Shown here: positions 29,144 to 38,063 of the stretch, piece by piece
Position numbering within the stretch: the first letter of the stretch is position 1
Layout: each line of letters starts with the position of its first letter
Source of the DNA: Chitinophagales bacterium
GTDB lineage: Bacteria; Bacteroidota; Bacteroidia; Chitinophagales; Chitinophagaceae
Length of the DNA: 38,063 bases
Direction: 5' to 3'
Assembly: GCA_043749085.1 (NCBI GenBank)
Contig: JAYVEA010000090.1
Span: forward strand, 1-38,063
Position numbers and translations under genes: made by a program
The notes under the pieces: generated by a model
What the model saw: the letters and a program-made list of their open reading frames with translations, nothing else
Databases searched by the model: none
Told to the model about the DNA's origin: nothing

Positions 29144-30103
29144 ATGAAGATTTTATTTTTTATAACACTTATTTTATTAAAAATTTCCGGGTTTTCACAA
29201 AACCTGGATTCCATTATAATAAATAATCAATACCATACACGGCTGAAGGAATCCGATATAATAATAAATGGAAATAAGGTTACCACAGATGATAAAGGAG
29301 TTATTTACCTGGGTAATATACAAGCCGAATCACTAAAGATCGAGCTTGAAGGTTATAAACAAAAAACAATAGCAATAAAAGATATTAAAACAAAAAGGAT
29401 TGAAATAAAAAAGGACTTTGAATGGAAGGATATATTTAACCCTGAATTTTATATAGTTCACGGAGGATTATGGCTGATACTTTTTATTGTATTTGCTGAA
29501 ACAGGCCTTTTTGTAGGGTTTTTTTTACCGGGAGATGCATTGTTATTTGTTACAGGAATTTACAGCTCTGATATTGTAACAGCTGCTTTGTTTGATAGCC
29601 ATAGTTTATTTGCAGACCTCGGGATTTTATGGTTGTTAATTACTGCCGCAGGCATTTTAGGAAATTTTATAGGATATTGGTTCGGTAAAAAAAGCGGGCC
29701 TTTTTTGTATCACAGGAAAGACACATTTTTTTTCAAGAAAAAGTATTTACTCCAGGCTCATGACTTTTATGAAAAGAGGGGCGGCGGGGCAATAATTATT
29801 GCAAGGTTTGTTCCCTTTGTCCGCACATTTGCTCCCATTGTTGCAGGAGTTGTTGAAATGGATAAAAAGAAATTTGCTTTTTTTAATATGGTGGGCTCTA
29901 TGCTGTGGGTGGGTAGCATGTTAATAGCAGGACATTTTTTGCAAAGTTTTATAAGGCATCAGTTTGGCTTTGATCTGAAAGAACATCTTGAAGTCATAGT
30001 AATAGGGATTGTAGTAATTACAACTTTTCCCATTATCTGGAAATTATTTATAAGTAAAAACAAAACAAAAACTGTTCCTCCAAAATCTTTTGAACATTTA
30101 TGA
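29144..30103 (+). CDS. DedA family membrane protein with extra N-terminal exported domain
   Basis: FAETGLFVGFFLPGD, ARFVPFVRTFAP; about 85 aa N-terminal extension with a signal peptide. Confidence 0.88.
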   Translation: MKILFFITLILLKISGFSQNLDSIIINNQYHTRLKESDIIINGNKVTTDDKGVIYLGNIQAESLKIELEGYKQKTIAIKDIKTKRIEIKKDFEWKDIFNPEFYIVHGGLWLILFIVFAETGLFVGFFLPGDALLFVTGIYSSDIVTAALFDSHSLFADLGILWLLITAAGILGNFIGYWFGKKSGPFLYHRKDTFFFKKKYLLQAHDFYEKRGGGAIIIARFVPFVRTFAPIVAGVVEMDKKKFAFFNMVGSMLWVGSMLIAGHFLQSFIRHQFGFDLKEHLEVIVIGIVVITTFPIIWKLFISKNKTKTVPPKSFEHL

Positions 30104-31347
30104 ATAGCAAACAATTTGGTGTTTTATCTCTCCCTGTTATTGTTGCTGCTTTAGGATATTTTGTAGATATCTACGACCTGTTATTATTTACAATAGTTAA
30201 AAAGCCAAGCATGCTTGCCGTTGGATCATCTGATTTTACGCTGCTTGCTGACAGCACAAAGGTTATAAACTGGCAGATGGTAGGTTTGCTTTTAGGCGGT
30301 ATCATATGGGGAATGCTTGGTGATAAAAAAGGCAGGTTGTCTGTTTTGTTTGGCTCCATTATTTTATATTCTGCTGCAAATTTTGTTACTGGATTTATTC
30401 ATACTGTGGATCAATATGCGGTCTGCCGATTTGTTGCAGGCTTAGGGCTGGCCGGAGAACTGGGAGCAGGTATTACATTAGTTAGTGAAATGTTACCTAA
30501 AGAAAAAAGAGGATTGGGGACTTCTATGGTTGCTGCGATTGGTTTAAGCGGTGCAGTGATCGCTTACTTCACTTACCAGTTTACAGGTGATTGGAGATTG
30601 TGTTATAAGATCGGTGGTTGCTTAGGAGTGTTATTATTGTTTTTGCGGATCAGTGTTGTAGAATCCGGAATGTTTAAAATGATAAAAGAGAAAAATATTT
30701 CAAGAGGAAATTTTTTTATGTTTTTTACTGATGCGAAAAGGTTTAAGAAATATATTCTGGCTATTCTTATCGGCTTACCTACATGGTATGTTATAGGTAT
30801 CCTTGTTAATCAAAGTGATCGTTTTGCGAAAGCAATGTTTGGCAGCAGCACATTAGATTCAGGACGCTCCATCATGTTTGCTTATGTTGGTATATCAATA
30901 GGCGATATTGCTATCGGTTTGGTAAGTCAATATTTTAAGAGCCGAAAAAAAGCATTACTGATATTCTATATTATCTGTATAATTTGTTTGTTTATTTTCT
31001 TTAGTGCTTTAAATAATAGTAATGCATCAATGTATTTTATATGTGCTACACTTGGCTTCAGCACAGGCTTTTGGGCAATATTTATTACAATGGGAGCAGA
31101 GCAATTCGGCACTAACCTGCGGGCAACAGCAGCAACTACAATACCCAATATGGTTAGAGGTGCCCTGCCATTAATAAATTTATTGTTCCTGGATTTTTTT
31201 CAGAAGAACATGCATTGGGAGATTATAAAAAGCGGCATAGTTACAGGAATAATAGTAATGGTTGTTACATTGATTGCTTATTATTATACTAAAGAAACTT
31301 TTCACAAAGATCTTAATTATGTTGAAGGGGAAGAGATGCTTCCGTAG
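30100..31347 (+). CDS. MFS transporter
   Basis: GYFVDIYD, LGDKKGR motif A, RFVAGLGLAGE, EQFGTNLRAT; ATGA overlap with the DedA gene. Confidence 0.9.
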   Translation: MNSKQFGVLSLPVIVAALGYFVDIYDLLLFTIVKKPSMLAVGSSDFTLLADSTKVINWQMVGLLLGGIIWGMLGDKKGRLSVLFGSIILYSAANFVTGFIHTVDQYAVCRFVAGLGLAGELGAGITLVSEMLPKEKRGLGTSMVAAIGLSGAVIAYFTYQFTGDWRLCYKIGGCLGVLLLFLRISVVESGMFKMIKEKNISRGNFFMFFTDAKRFKKYILAILIGLPTWYVIGILVNQSDRFAKAMFGSSTLDSGRSIMFAYVGISIGDIAIGLVSQYFKSRKKALLIFYIICIICLFIFFSALNNSNASMYFICATLGFSTGFWAIFITMGAEQFGTNLRATAATTIPNMVRGALPLINLLFLDFFQKNMHWEIIKSGIVTGIIVMVVTLIAYYYTKETFHKDLNYVEGEEMLP

Positions 31348-31362
31348 AATTATCAAACTCTC

Positions 31363-32343
31363 ATGAAATTCCTTATCATACGTTTTTCTTCAATAGGTGA
31401 TATTGTTCTCACAACACCTGTGGTGCGTTGTTTGCGAAAGAAATTCCCGGATGCTCAAATTCATTATCTCACCAAACAATCATTTGCATCAATTGTAATT
31501 ACCAATCCATACATAAATAAAGTTCATATTCTTAAAAATGATTTAGATACTATCATTGAAGAATTAAAAAATGAAAACTTTGATTACATAGTTGATCTTC
31601 ATCATAATCTCCGTACACTTCGTATTAAACAAGCGCTGAAAAATGTAAAATCTTTTTCTTTTAATAAATTAAATGTTCAGAAATGGGTATTTGTAAACTT
31701 TAAGATGAATGTAATGCCTGATAAGCATATCGTTGATAGATACATGGAGACAGTCAAGAGTCTCAGTGTAATTAACGATGGAGCAGGACTTGATTTTTTT
31801 ATACATGATAAGGATGTTGTGGATCAGAAAGATATTCCTGTTTCACATCTGCATGGATATATTGGTATTGTGATAGGAGCAGCTCATAACACCAAAAAAT
31901 TACCGCTTCATAAATTAAAAGAACTGTGTTTAAAGATCAATCATCCCGTAATTTTATTAGGAGGAAAAGAAGATTATACTAATGCAGTACAAATTTCCTC
32001 TATTGATACTGTAAAAATTTATAATGCCTGCGGCAAATATAATCTTAATGAATCTGCTGACCTGGTGAGGCGTGCAAGGCTTATCATAAGCCATGATACC
32101 GGCTTAATGCATATTGCTGCTGCCTTTAAAAAAGATATAATTTCTGTTTGGGGAAATACAGTTCCTTCTTTTGGCATGTACCCTTATCAAACCAATTATG
32201 AAATATTTGATGTAAAAAAATTGTGGTGCAGGCCATGCAGTAAAATCGGGTATGATAAATGTCCGCTCGGCCATTTTAAGTGCATGGAAAAAATATCAAT
32301 AGATGATATTGTTAATCATGTAAACATTCTTTTAAGAAAATAG
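31363..32343 (+). CDS. Glycosyltransferase family 9 (heptosyltransferase-like)
   Basis: IIRFSSIGDIVLTTP, HDTGLMHIAAA, CRPCS...CP...CM. Confidence 0.92.
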   Translation: MKFLIIRFSSIGDIVLTTPVVRCLRKKFPDAQIHYLTKQSFASIVITNPYINKVHILKNDLDTIIEELKNENFDYIVDLHHNLRTLRIKQALKNVKSFSFNKLNVQKWVFVNFKMNVMPDKHIVDRYMETVKSLSVINDGAGLDFFIHDKDVVDQKDIPVSHLHGYIGIVIGAAHNTKKLPLHKLKELCLKINHPVILLGGKEDYTNAVQISSIDTVKIYNACGKYNLNESADLVRRARLIISHDTGLMHIAAAFKKDIISVWGNTVPSFGMYPYQTNYEIFDVKKLWCRPCSKIGYDKCPLGHFKCMEKISIDDIVNHVNILLRK

Positions 32344-32408
32344 CCCTTTAACTTTTTATTTCAAATCTTGTTATCATTTTTGCAGTAATAGTACCCTAAT
32401 AATTTTGC

Positions 32409-32990
32409 ATGATAAAAAAGTTATTCCCTTTTCTTTTTTTTATTTTTATTTGCTGTACCTCTTTTTCTCAAAAGGTTTTGGTTAATGTATTTATGGAAAA
32501 TAGGGTTGCCAAGCCAACGAATGATACCATTTATCATGATATAAATAAGCGCCTTACATGGAAAGATTTTAAAGGACAACCCGATACCAAACATTTTGGC
32601 AGTGCAGTTACAGCGTCAGGCTATGCATTTGATGCAGATATAAAGATGGAAGGCAAAATAATTTATCTGAATATTGGTGTATATGTATTTCTTACCAAGA
32701 GCCAGTCATGGAAAAAACCCGGCATTAATTCTGATTATCACCTGTTACACGAGCAGGTGCATTTTGACATAACCAGGTTAGGGGCAGAAAGTTTTATAAA
32801 ACAACTGGTAAATTCAAAATTTACAAAAAATAATTATAACCAGGTATTGGATTCTGTTTTTGATAAATCTTATAATGAAAACATTGCTTTGCAGGAGAAG
32901 TATGATAGAGAAACACAGCACAGTATTAACCGCCAGGTTCAGCTAAAGTGGAACGATAAGATTGCGGAGGAAATCAAAAAAATTCAATAA
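32409..32990 (+). CDS. DUF922-like secreted putative zinc protease
   Basis: Signal peptide; LTWKDFKG, LLHEQVHFDI, YDRETQHS. Confidence 0.75.
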   Translation: MIKKLFPFLFFIFICCTSFSQKVLVNVFMENRVAKPTNDTIYHDINKRLTWKDFKGQPDTKHFGSAVTASGYAFDADIKMEGKIIYLNIGVYVFLTKSQSWKKPGINSDYHLLHEQVHFDITRLGAESFIKQLVNSKFTKNNYNQVLDSVFDKSYNENIALQEKYDRETQHSINRQVQLKWNDKIAEEIKKIQ

Positions 32991-32996
32991 CCTTTC

Positions 32997-34871
32997 TTAT
33001 AAATTTACTACAAGTACAGGTATTTTTAATTCATGTCTTACTGTGTTTACAGTTTGCCCGTAAATAATATCTTTTAATGCTGTATGCCCATGGGCACCTA
33101 TTACAAGCATATCAGCGTTTTTATCTTTTACAATTTTTATTATTTCTTTTGCCCTGTTTTTAAAACCTATTGTGCCTTCAGCCACTAACCCCTTTTCTTT
33201 TAAACTTTGAACATAAAATTCCATGTGTTCATTATCCCTCCTGGTTTCAAAGTCATCGCTTTCCTGCCCCAATAATTTTGCAGAAGCACTTTCAACAATA
33301 TGTATAAAAAGATAAGTTGTGTTTTCTTTTCCCTGCCCTAATGCATAAGCAATTAATTTTTTATCATTATCAGTAAAATCAAGTGCTACTGCTATTTTAT
33401 TAAAATACGGGATTGGCAGATCAATAATACTTTGTGCATCAGGATGCATTTGTATGGGAGTTAATTTCTTTTTTGATTTTAAAAAGGGATGAATGATAAT
33501 ATAGGTAAGTAATGATGCAAATAATATTGCTGCCACAATAACCAGTATTTTAGGCATAAGATGCACACCTCCGAATATTCCCGTTACTTCATTTATCAGC
33601 ATTTTACAATTTAAAAAAATAAGTGCAGATGCAATCAGCCATGATGCAATTTTTATCAGTGGTTTTATTGTAAAAATTCCCATTGTTTTTTTATCACTTA
33701 CAAAATGAATTAAAGGTATAATGGCAAAGCCCAATTGAAGACTTAATATTACCTGGCTTAGTACAAGCAATGCATCTACCTTATGTTCGCCATAAATAAT
33801 TATAACCAGCAATGCGGGAATAATTGCCAGTAGTCTTGTTATCAACCTCCTTATTATTGGATTTATGCGCAATCTTAAATAACCTTCCATGATTATCTGA
33901 CCGGCAAGCGTACCTGTGATTGTAGAGCTTTGTCCGGCCGCAATTAATGCAACTGCAAAAAGAACAGGAGCAAGGTTACCAAGAAATCCCGGGAGCAACC
34001 TGTGCGCTTCTTTTATTTCAGCAACCTGTGAGTTTCCGGTTTTAAAAAAAATAGTTGCAGCCAAAATAAGAATAGCCGCATTCACTAAAAATGCAATATT
34101 CAGCGCTATTGTAGTATCAATGCGGCTATACTTTAAAGCCTGCTTTATTCCTTTATCTGTTCTGTTTATTTTTCGGGTTTGTACCAATGCAGAATGTAAA
34201 TAAAGATTATGCGGCATTACAGTAGCGCCAATAATACCAATAGCAATGTATAGGGCTTCATTACTTGGAAAAGTAGGTATCAAACCCATTGCCATTTCAT
34301 CAATCGCAGGTTTAGCTAATAATATTTGTATTAAAAAACATACTGCAACAATACCTACAAGGGTTATAATAAAGGCTTCCATTTTACGCATGCCAAGCCT
34401 TTGCAGATAAAGCAGTAAAAAAGTATCCAATACAGTTATTGATACGCCCCATATTAATGGTAAGCCGGTAAGTAATTGAATACCGATTGCCATACCTAAA
34501 ACTTCTGCAAGATCACATGCGGCGATAGCGATCTCGGCTAATATCCAAAGCATAATATTTATGGCCTTGGGATATGCTTCCCTGTTAGCCTGCGCAAGAT
34601 CTCTTCCTCTAACTATTCCCAGTCTTGCTGATAAACCCTGTAACAACAATGCCATTAGGTTGCTCATTAATAAAACCCATATCAATGAATAGCCAAATTT
34701 GCTTCCCCCAGCAAGATCGGTTGCCCAGTTACCCGGATCCATGTAACCAACACTTACCAAATAAGCAGGCCCGAAAAAGGAAAATATTCTTCTCCATCCA
34801 AGTAATTTTTTTGTATCTATACTTTCGTGTACCTCGCTTAATGATGTATGGTTTGTTGGTGTTTTAGTCAT
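32997..34871 (-). CDS. mntH: Nramp divalent metal (Mn2+) transporter fused to a C-terminal Usp domain
   Basis: YMDPGNW, ATVMPHNLYLHS, GQIIMEG; C-terminal IAVALDF...LVIGAHGH...IPVLVV. Confidence 0.93.
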   Translation of the reverse strand: MTKTPTNHTSLSEVHESIDTKKLLGWRRIFSFFGPAYLVSVGYMDPGNWATDLAGGSKFGYSLIWVLLMSNLMALLLQGLSARLGIVRGRDLAQANREAYPKAINIMLWILAEIAIAACDLAEVLGMAIGIQLLTGLPLIWGVSITVLDTFLLLYLQRLGMRKMEAFIITLVGIVAVCFLIQILLAKPAIDEMAMGLIPTFPSNEALYIAIGIIGATVMPHNLYLHSALVQTRKINRTDKGIKQALKYSRIDTTIALNIAFLVNAAILILAATIFFKTGNSQVAEIKEAHRLLPGFLGNLAPVLFAVALIAAGQSSTITGTLAGQIIMEGYLRLRINPIIRRLITRLLAIIPALLVIIIYGEHKVDALLVLSQVILSLQLGFAIIPLIHFVSDKKTMGIFTIKPLIKIASWLIASALIFLNCKMLINEVTGIFGGVHLMPKILVIVAAILFASLLTYIIIHPFLKSKKKLTPIQMHPDAQSIIDLPIPYFNKIAVALDFTDNDKKLIAYALGQGKENTTYLFIHIVESASAKLLGQESDDFETRRDNEHMEFYVQSLKEKGLVAEGTIGFKNRAKEIIKIVKDKNADMLVIGAHGHTALKDIIYGQTVNTVRHELKIPVLVVNL

Positions 34872-35523
34872 GATATACGAATATATTTTTTGCCACCTGC
34901 TCGCTGATAATACAAGGTGGTTGTTTAGGTAATTTTATTTCCATCGAGCGGTCAAAGTCGAATGTTTTATTGATTTTTATTTGCGAACCAATTCCTATAC
35001 CATAGTGTTTTAGCATTTCAAGCATTTGTGCAGATTGATTACCCACTGAGCTTACAACGGCCATTTTTTTTAATGGCAGGGCAAATAAATTTATTTGCTT
35101 AATAAGTGGGAGCCTTCCATTTACATCCGGTATTGGGTCACCATGAGGATCTATTTTGGGATTACCTAAATAAACATCCAGCTTTTTTATCAGGTCGAGG
35201 CTGCTTACATGCTCCAGTTCTTCGGCAATAATGTGCACTTTATCCCAATCGAAGCCAAGCTTGGATACTAAAAAAAATTCCCACAGGCGATGCCGGCGGA
35301 TAATATTTAATGCTGTCTGTGTTCCTTTCTCATTTAGTTTAAAGCCGTAGTAGCGTTCGTATTGAACAAGTTTTTTTGTCTTTAATTTTTTAAGCATATC
35401 AGTTACTGATGCTGCTTTCGTGTTTAATTGCTTTGCGAGTGCGTTTGTATTTACCATATCAGTGATCTTCTGAAGATGATAAATACTCTTTATATAATTC
35501 TCTTCGCTGGTTGATAAATTCAT
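34864..35523 (-). CDS. mntR: DtxR/MntR family metal-dependent repressor with FeoA-like C-terminus
   Basis: EENYIKSIY, ASVTDMLKKL, RRHRLWEFFL, AEELEH, DPHGDPIP; overlaps the mntH start. Confidence 0.92.
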   Translation of the reverse strand: MNLSTSEENYIKSIYHLQKITDMVNTNALAKQLNTKAASVTDMLKKLKTKKLVQYERYYGFKLNEKGTQTALNIIRRHRLWEFFLVSKLGFDWDKVHIIAEELEHVSSLDLIKKLDVYLGNPKIDPHGDPIPDVNGRLPLIKQINLFALPLKKMAVVSSVGNQSAQMLEMLKHYGIGIGSQIKINKTFDFDRSMEIKLPKQPPCIISEQVAKNIFVYHD

Positions 35524-35536
35524 ATTATCTAAAAAT

Positions 35537-35560
35537 AAATTTAGACAAACCTAAAAAATT
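35537..35560. promoter_or_regulatory. Putative MntR operator TTTAG-N6-CTAAA overlapping a -7 element
   Basis: TTTAG ACAAAC CTAAA (35540-35555); minus-strand TAGGTTTG at 35546-35553. Confidence 0.7.
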
Positions 35561-35772
35561 TAATTGATATAATGATCTTTATTTTAAGAATCGGGAATGT
35601 GCATCACCTGGAGTAGGAAGCTATTTACTTCACAGTATAAGTAAGGTTGTAAATGAAAACCGGGAAGCGATAAAGAATACCTGATTATCCCGGGATAAAT
35701 AAAAATGAGCTTATAACTCTTTCTTTTACTTAGGTGATCCAATAACTATATGTTCTGTAGTCGGCTCTGTAA

Positions 35773-36636
35773 TTATGCAGGTTTGGCTGAGCTTACGAAT
35801 GTAACTTTTGTGGTCATAGGTATTTCCAATCCCTGGGCTTGAATTAAGGTAGTGCCGGTAGATTCAAGAGTGGTATCTCTTTCTTTTATCACACCGGTAT
35901 TTATATCTATTATTTCTTCGCCCTTTAAATTTCCTTTTGATCTGTTTACAATTTCCATTCCCTGCATTTGCGACTTAGTATCTGTATTTAGAATACCTGA
36001 TATAGTTACTACTGCATTATTACCTTTTATTTCTTTAACTGTGTAGGTTGTTGTTCTTTCTATCCCTTCTTTGTTGGAAGAATCCACCCAGTTATAGCCT
36101 GCAGTAATTTTTGACGGTGTTGAAGCAAATGCAATATTTGCTCCATAACCGGTTTCTTCCGGATCACCTAAAAGCTGGTCTATCATCATTTTCATAATAT
36201 CCGGCTGAGCATTCGCAGGCATTGTTTCCTCTTTTTTTATATTTAATATTTTACCGTATCTGTCTATTACAACATCTTTTGGTTTATTGATGATATCTTT
36301 AAAAGATGCGGCATATTGCCCGGCCATATCTTCTTTTTTATCAGAATCAAAATTTAAATCATTACCCATAGCGGATACCTTTGCTTTCATTTTAGTGAAA
36401 GTATTGGTGAGATTGTAATTATTCCCCTTTACATCTTTTACTTCTATAGAATATTTTGTTACAAGCTCCGCATTCGACTCCATTGCCTGCCCCATAAAAG
36501 TTTGTGTAGTAACTGCTGTTACTTTATTATCAACCGAAAGCTTTTGGCCTTTGGTTAAATTAATATTCCCGGCATTTTGAGCAAAGATGGTAGTGGTTAA
36601 AACAGAAGCAAATAATAAGGGTGTAATTTTTTTCAT
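35773..36636 (-). CDS. Secreted beta-rich hypothetical protein (DUF6263-like)
   Basis: Signal peptide ..IFA/Q; LTKGQK, MGNDLNFDSDKKED, GYNWVDS, IDINTGVI. Confidence 0.65.
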   Translation of the reverse strand: MKKITPLLFASVLTTTIFAQNAGNINLTKGQKLSVDNKVTAVTTQTFMGQAMESNAELVTKYSIEVKDVKGNNYNLTNTFTKMKAKVSAMGNDLNFDSDKKEDMAGQYAASFKDIINKPKDVVIDRYGKILNIKKEETMPANAQPDIMKMMIDQLLGDPEETGYGANIAFASTPSKITAGYNWVDSSNKEGIERTTTYTVKEIKGNNAVVTISGILNTDTKSQMQGMEIVNRSKGNLKGEEIIDINTGVIKERDTTLESTGTTLIQAQGLEIPMTTKVTFVSSAKPA

Positions 36637-36655
36637 TTTTTAAAATTAATAGAGG

Positions 36656-36663
36656 CAAATATA
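36656..36663 (-). promoter_or_regulatory. -7 promoter element (TATATTTG)
   Basis: TAnnTTTG on the minus strand, 19 nt upstream of ATG 36636. Confidence 0.6.
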
Positions 36664-36725
36664 ACATCACAAAAACGATATACACTTCCGTTTAATAAAC
36701 TTTTAACAGCATAACGATTTTACAT

Positions 36726-36754
36726 AAAAAAAGGGCTTCAAAATTGAAACCCTT
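36726..36754 (-). terminator. Terminator of the cold-shock gene
   Basis: AAGGGTTTCAA-TT-TTGAAGCCCTT stem followed by a T run on the minus strand. Confidence 0.7.
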
Positions 36755-36778
36755 AAAATGCTTTAAAAAATATGGATG

Positions 36779-36982
36779 TTATCCGATTCTTTTCACATTA
36801 ACGGCATTCATGCCTTTCTGCCCATTTTGAAGATCAAATTCAACTTTGTCGTTTTCTTTGATCTCGTCAATCAATCCGCTTGCATGTACAAATGTTTCTT
36901 TGTTAGAATCATCGTGTTTAATAAAACCGAATCCTTTTTCTGAGTTGAAAAACTTAACGGTTCCTGTGTTTTTACTGTCCAT
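36779..36982 (-). CDS. Cold-shock protein (CspA family)
   Basis: GTVKFFNSEKGFGFI (RNP1), FVHAS (RNP2), KGMNAVNV. Confidence 0.95.
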   Translation of the reverse strand: MDSKNTGTVKFFNSEKGFGFIKHDDSNKETFVHASGLIDEIKENDKVEFDLQNGQKGMNAVNVKRIG

Positions 36983-37010
36983 TGTTGTATATTTAATTAA
37001 AATTGAAAGG

Positions 37011-37041
37011 CGAAGGTAATCTTTATTTTTAAAGGTGCAAA
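37011..37041 (-). promoter_or_regulatory. Bacteroidota -33/-7 promoter of the cold-shock gene
   Basis: TTTG (37041-37038), 19-nt spacer, TACCTTCG (37018-37011; one mismatch to TAnnTTTG). Confidence 0.55.
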
Positions 37042-37070
37042 GAGAGGGTTAAACTATACTGTAAATTAAA

Positions 37071-38033
37071 TCATTGGGTTAAAAAACTTAGTACATTTTT
37101 TTTAAAAAGATCAGGCGTTTGTATATGAGGTATGTGGCCCACCCCCGGTAGAATAACAACTTTGGATTTTTTTATTTTTTTGCCTGCTTTAGTTGCCAGT
37201 ACAGGGTAGTTGCCATATAATTTTTGTTTTTTAGGATCCAGCATTTCTTTACCAATAACCGTTCTGTCTAATTGTCCAGCCAGCAATAATGTAGGCATAG
37301 TTAATTTTGAAAGATCATACAATACAGGTTGTTCATATATCATTTGGTAAGTCAATGCATTTATCCAGGCCACTGAAGAAAAATCTTTTTGTTTTAGTGG
37401 TTCTGCCTGTGCGATTACGTATTGCTCATACTGCGGTTTCCACACAGGATAATAACCTTGCTGGTATTTTTTAAAAGAAGCATATGTTGCGGATAATTCT
37501 TTTTTATACTGTTGCTCCATGGTTTTATAGGGAATAAACCTTTTATAATCTTCCAAACCTAATGGATCTTCTAAAATAAGTTTTCCTGTTCGTTCAGGAT
37601 ACATCAGTGCAAATCGGGTTGCCAGCATCCCACCCATTGAATGTCCAATTACATTTACTTTATCTATCTGTAATGAATCAAGCAAATATTTATTGTTATG
37701 TGCCAGCATTTCAAAAGTATATTTTGTATTGGGCTTTGTTGACATTCCCCAACCTATCTGGTCAGGTACAATAACCCTGTAGCCTGCATTTGACAGAAAT
37801 GCAATAACTTCTTTCCAATAAAACCCGGTAAAATTTTTTCCGTGAAATAATATTACTGATTGACCATTAGGAGTCGCCGGCTTAATATCCATGTAAGCCA
37901 TTTTTGTATCCTGTGCATCTATGTCTATCGTAATATATTTTACCGGATAAGGATATTTAATTTGAGCTTCCAGATGAAATGAAACCAAAAAGGAAATGAA
38001 AATAATCAGCAATGAAAATTTCTTTAAAAACAT
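37071..38033 (-). CDS. Secreted alpha/beta hydrolase
   Basis: Signal peptide; FHGKNF, PDQIGWG, GHSMGG nucleophile elbow, GQLDR, GHIPH. Confidence 0.9.
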   Translation of the reverse strand: MFLKKFSLLIIFISFLVSFHLEAQIKYPYPVKYITIDIDAQDTKMAYMDIKPATPNGQSVILFHGKNFTGFYWKEVIAFLSNAGYRVIVPDQIGWGMSTKPNTKYTFEMLAHNNKYLLDSLQIDKVNVIGHSMGGMLATRFALMYPERTGKLILEDPLGLEDYKRFIPYKTMEQQYKKELSATYASFKKYQQGYYPVWKPQYEQYVIAQAEPLKQKDFSSVAWINALTYQMIYEQPVLYDLSKLTMPTLLLAGQLDRTVIGKEMLDPKKQKLYGNYPVLATKAGKKIKKSKVVILPGVGHIPHIQTPDLFKKNVLSFLTQ

Positions 38034-38063
38034 ATTTTTAAACTTGGTTTGAGAGAAGTATGG

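Noticed and set aside
35575-35772. Intergenic stretch with the palindrome TTATCCCGGGATAA (35685-35698); possible Mn riboswitch or gene remnant
   Set aside because: It lies upstream of the predicted mntR promoter. I could not recognise yybP-ykoY motifs or a coherent reading frame.

Overview
AT-rich bacterial chromosomal window, most consistent with Bacteroidota (probably Chitinophagaceae-like). This is inferred from TAnnTTTG -7 promoters, a eukaryotic-type citrate synthase, an Nramp-Usp fusion and an S24 LexA-like repressor. Most of the window is housekeeping: two lipoprotein subtilases, gdhA, ccmBCD, tdk, waaA, a nucleotide-sugar operon (DegT, ugd, UXS, TviB/TviC-like, rfbC, rfbD), an M16 peptidase, LptF/G, gltA, tRNA-Ala(GGC), the S24 repressor plus ssb, transporters, GT9, mntH/mntR, a cold-shock protein and a hydrolase. 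The most unusual locus is 23883-24332. There the real tRNA-Ala is flanked by two tRNA mimics whose anticodon arm is replaced by a TCCCGA..(T)CGG(G)A hairpin, and a frameshifted small GIY-YIG nuclease gene reads into the D-arm of the downstream mimic. This looks like a decayed tRNA-targeting nuclease/tRNA-mimic mobile unit. Other non-gene signals are in-frame palindromic inserts in ugd and rfbD, a nested intergenic hairpin, several 7-nt tandem-repeat tracts in intergenic gaps, and readable operators for the S24 and MntR repressors. All family calls come from motif recognition only; no database searches were run.
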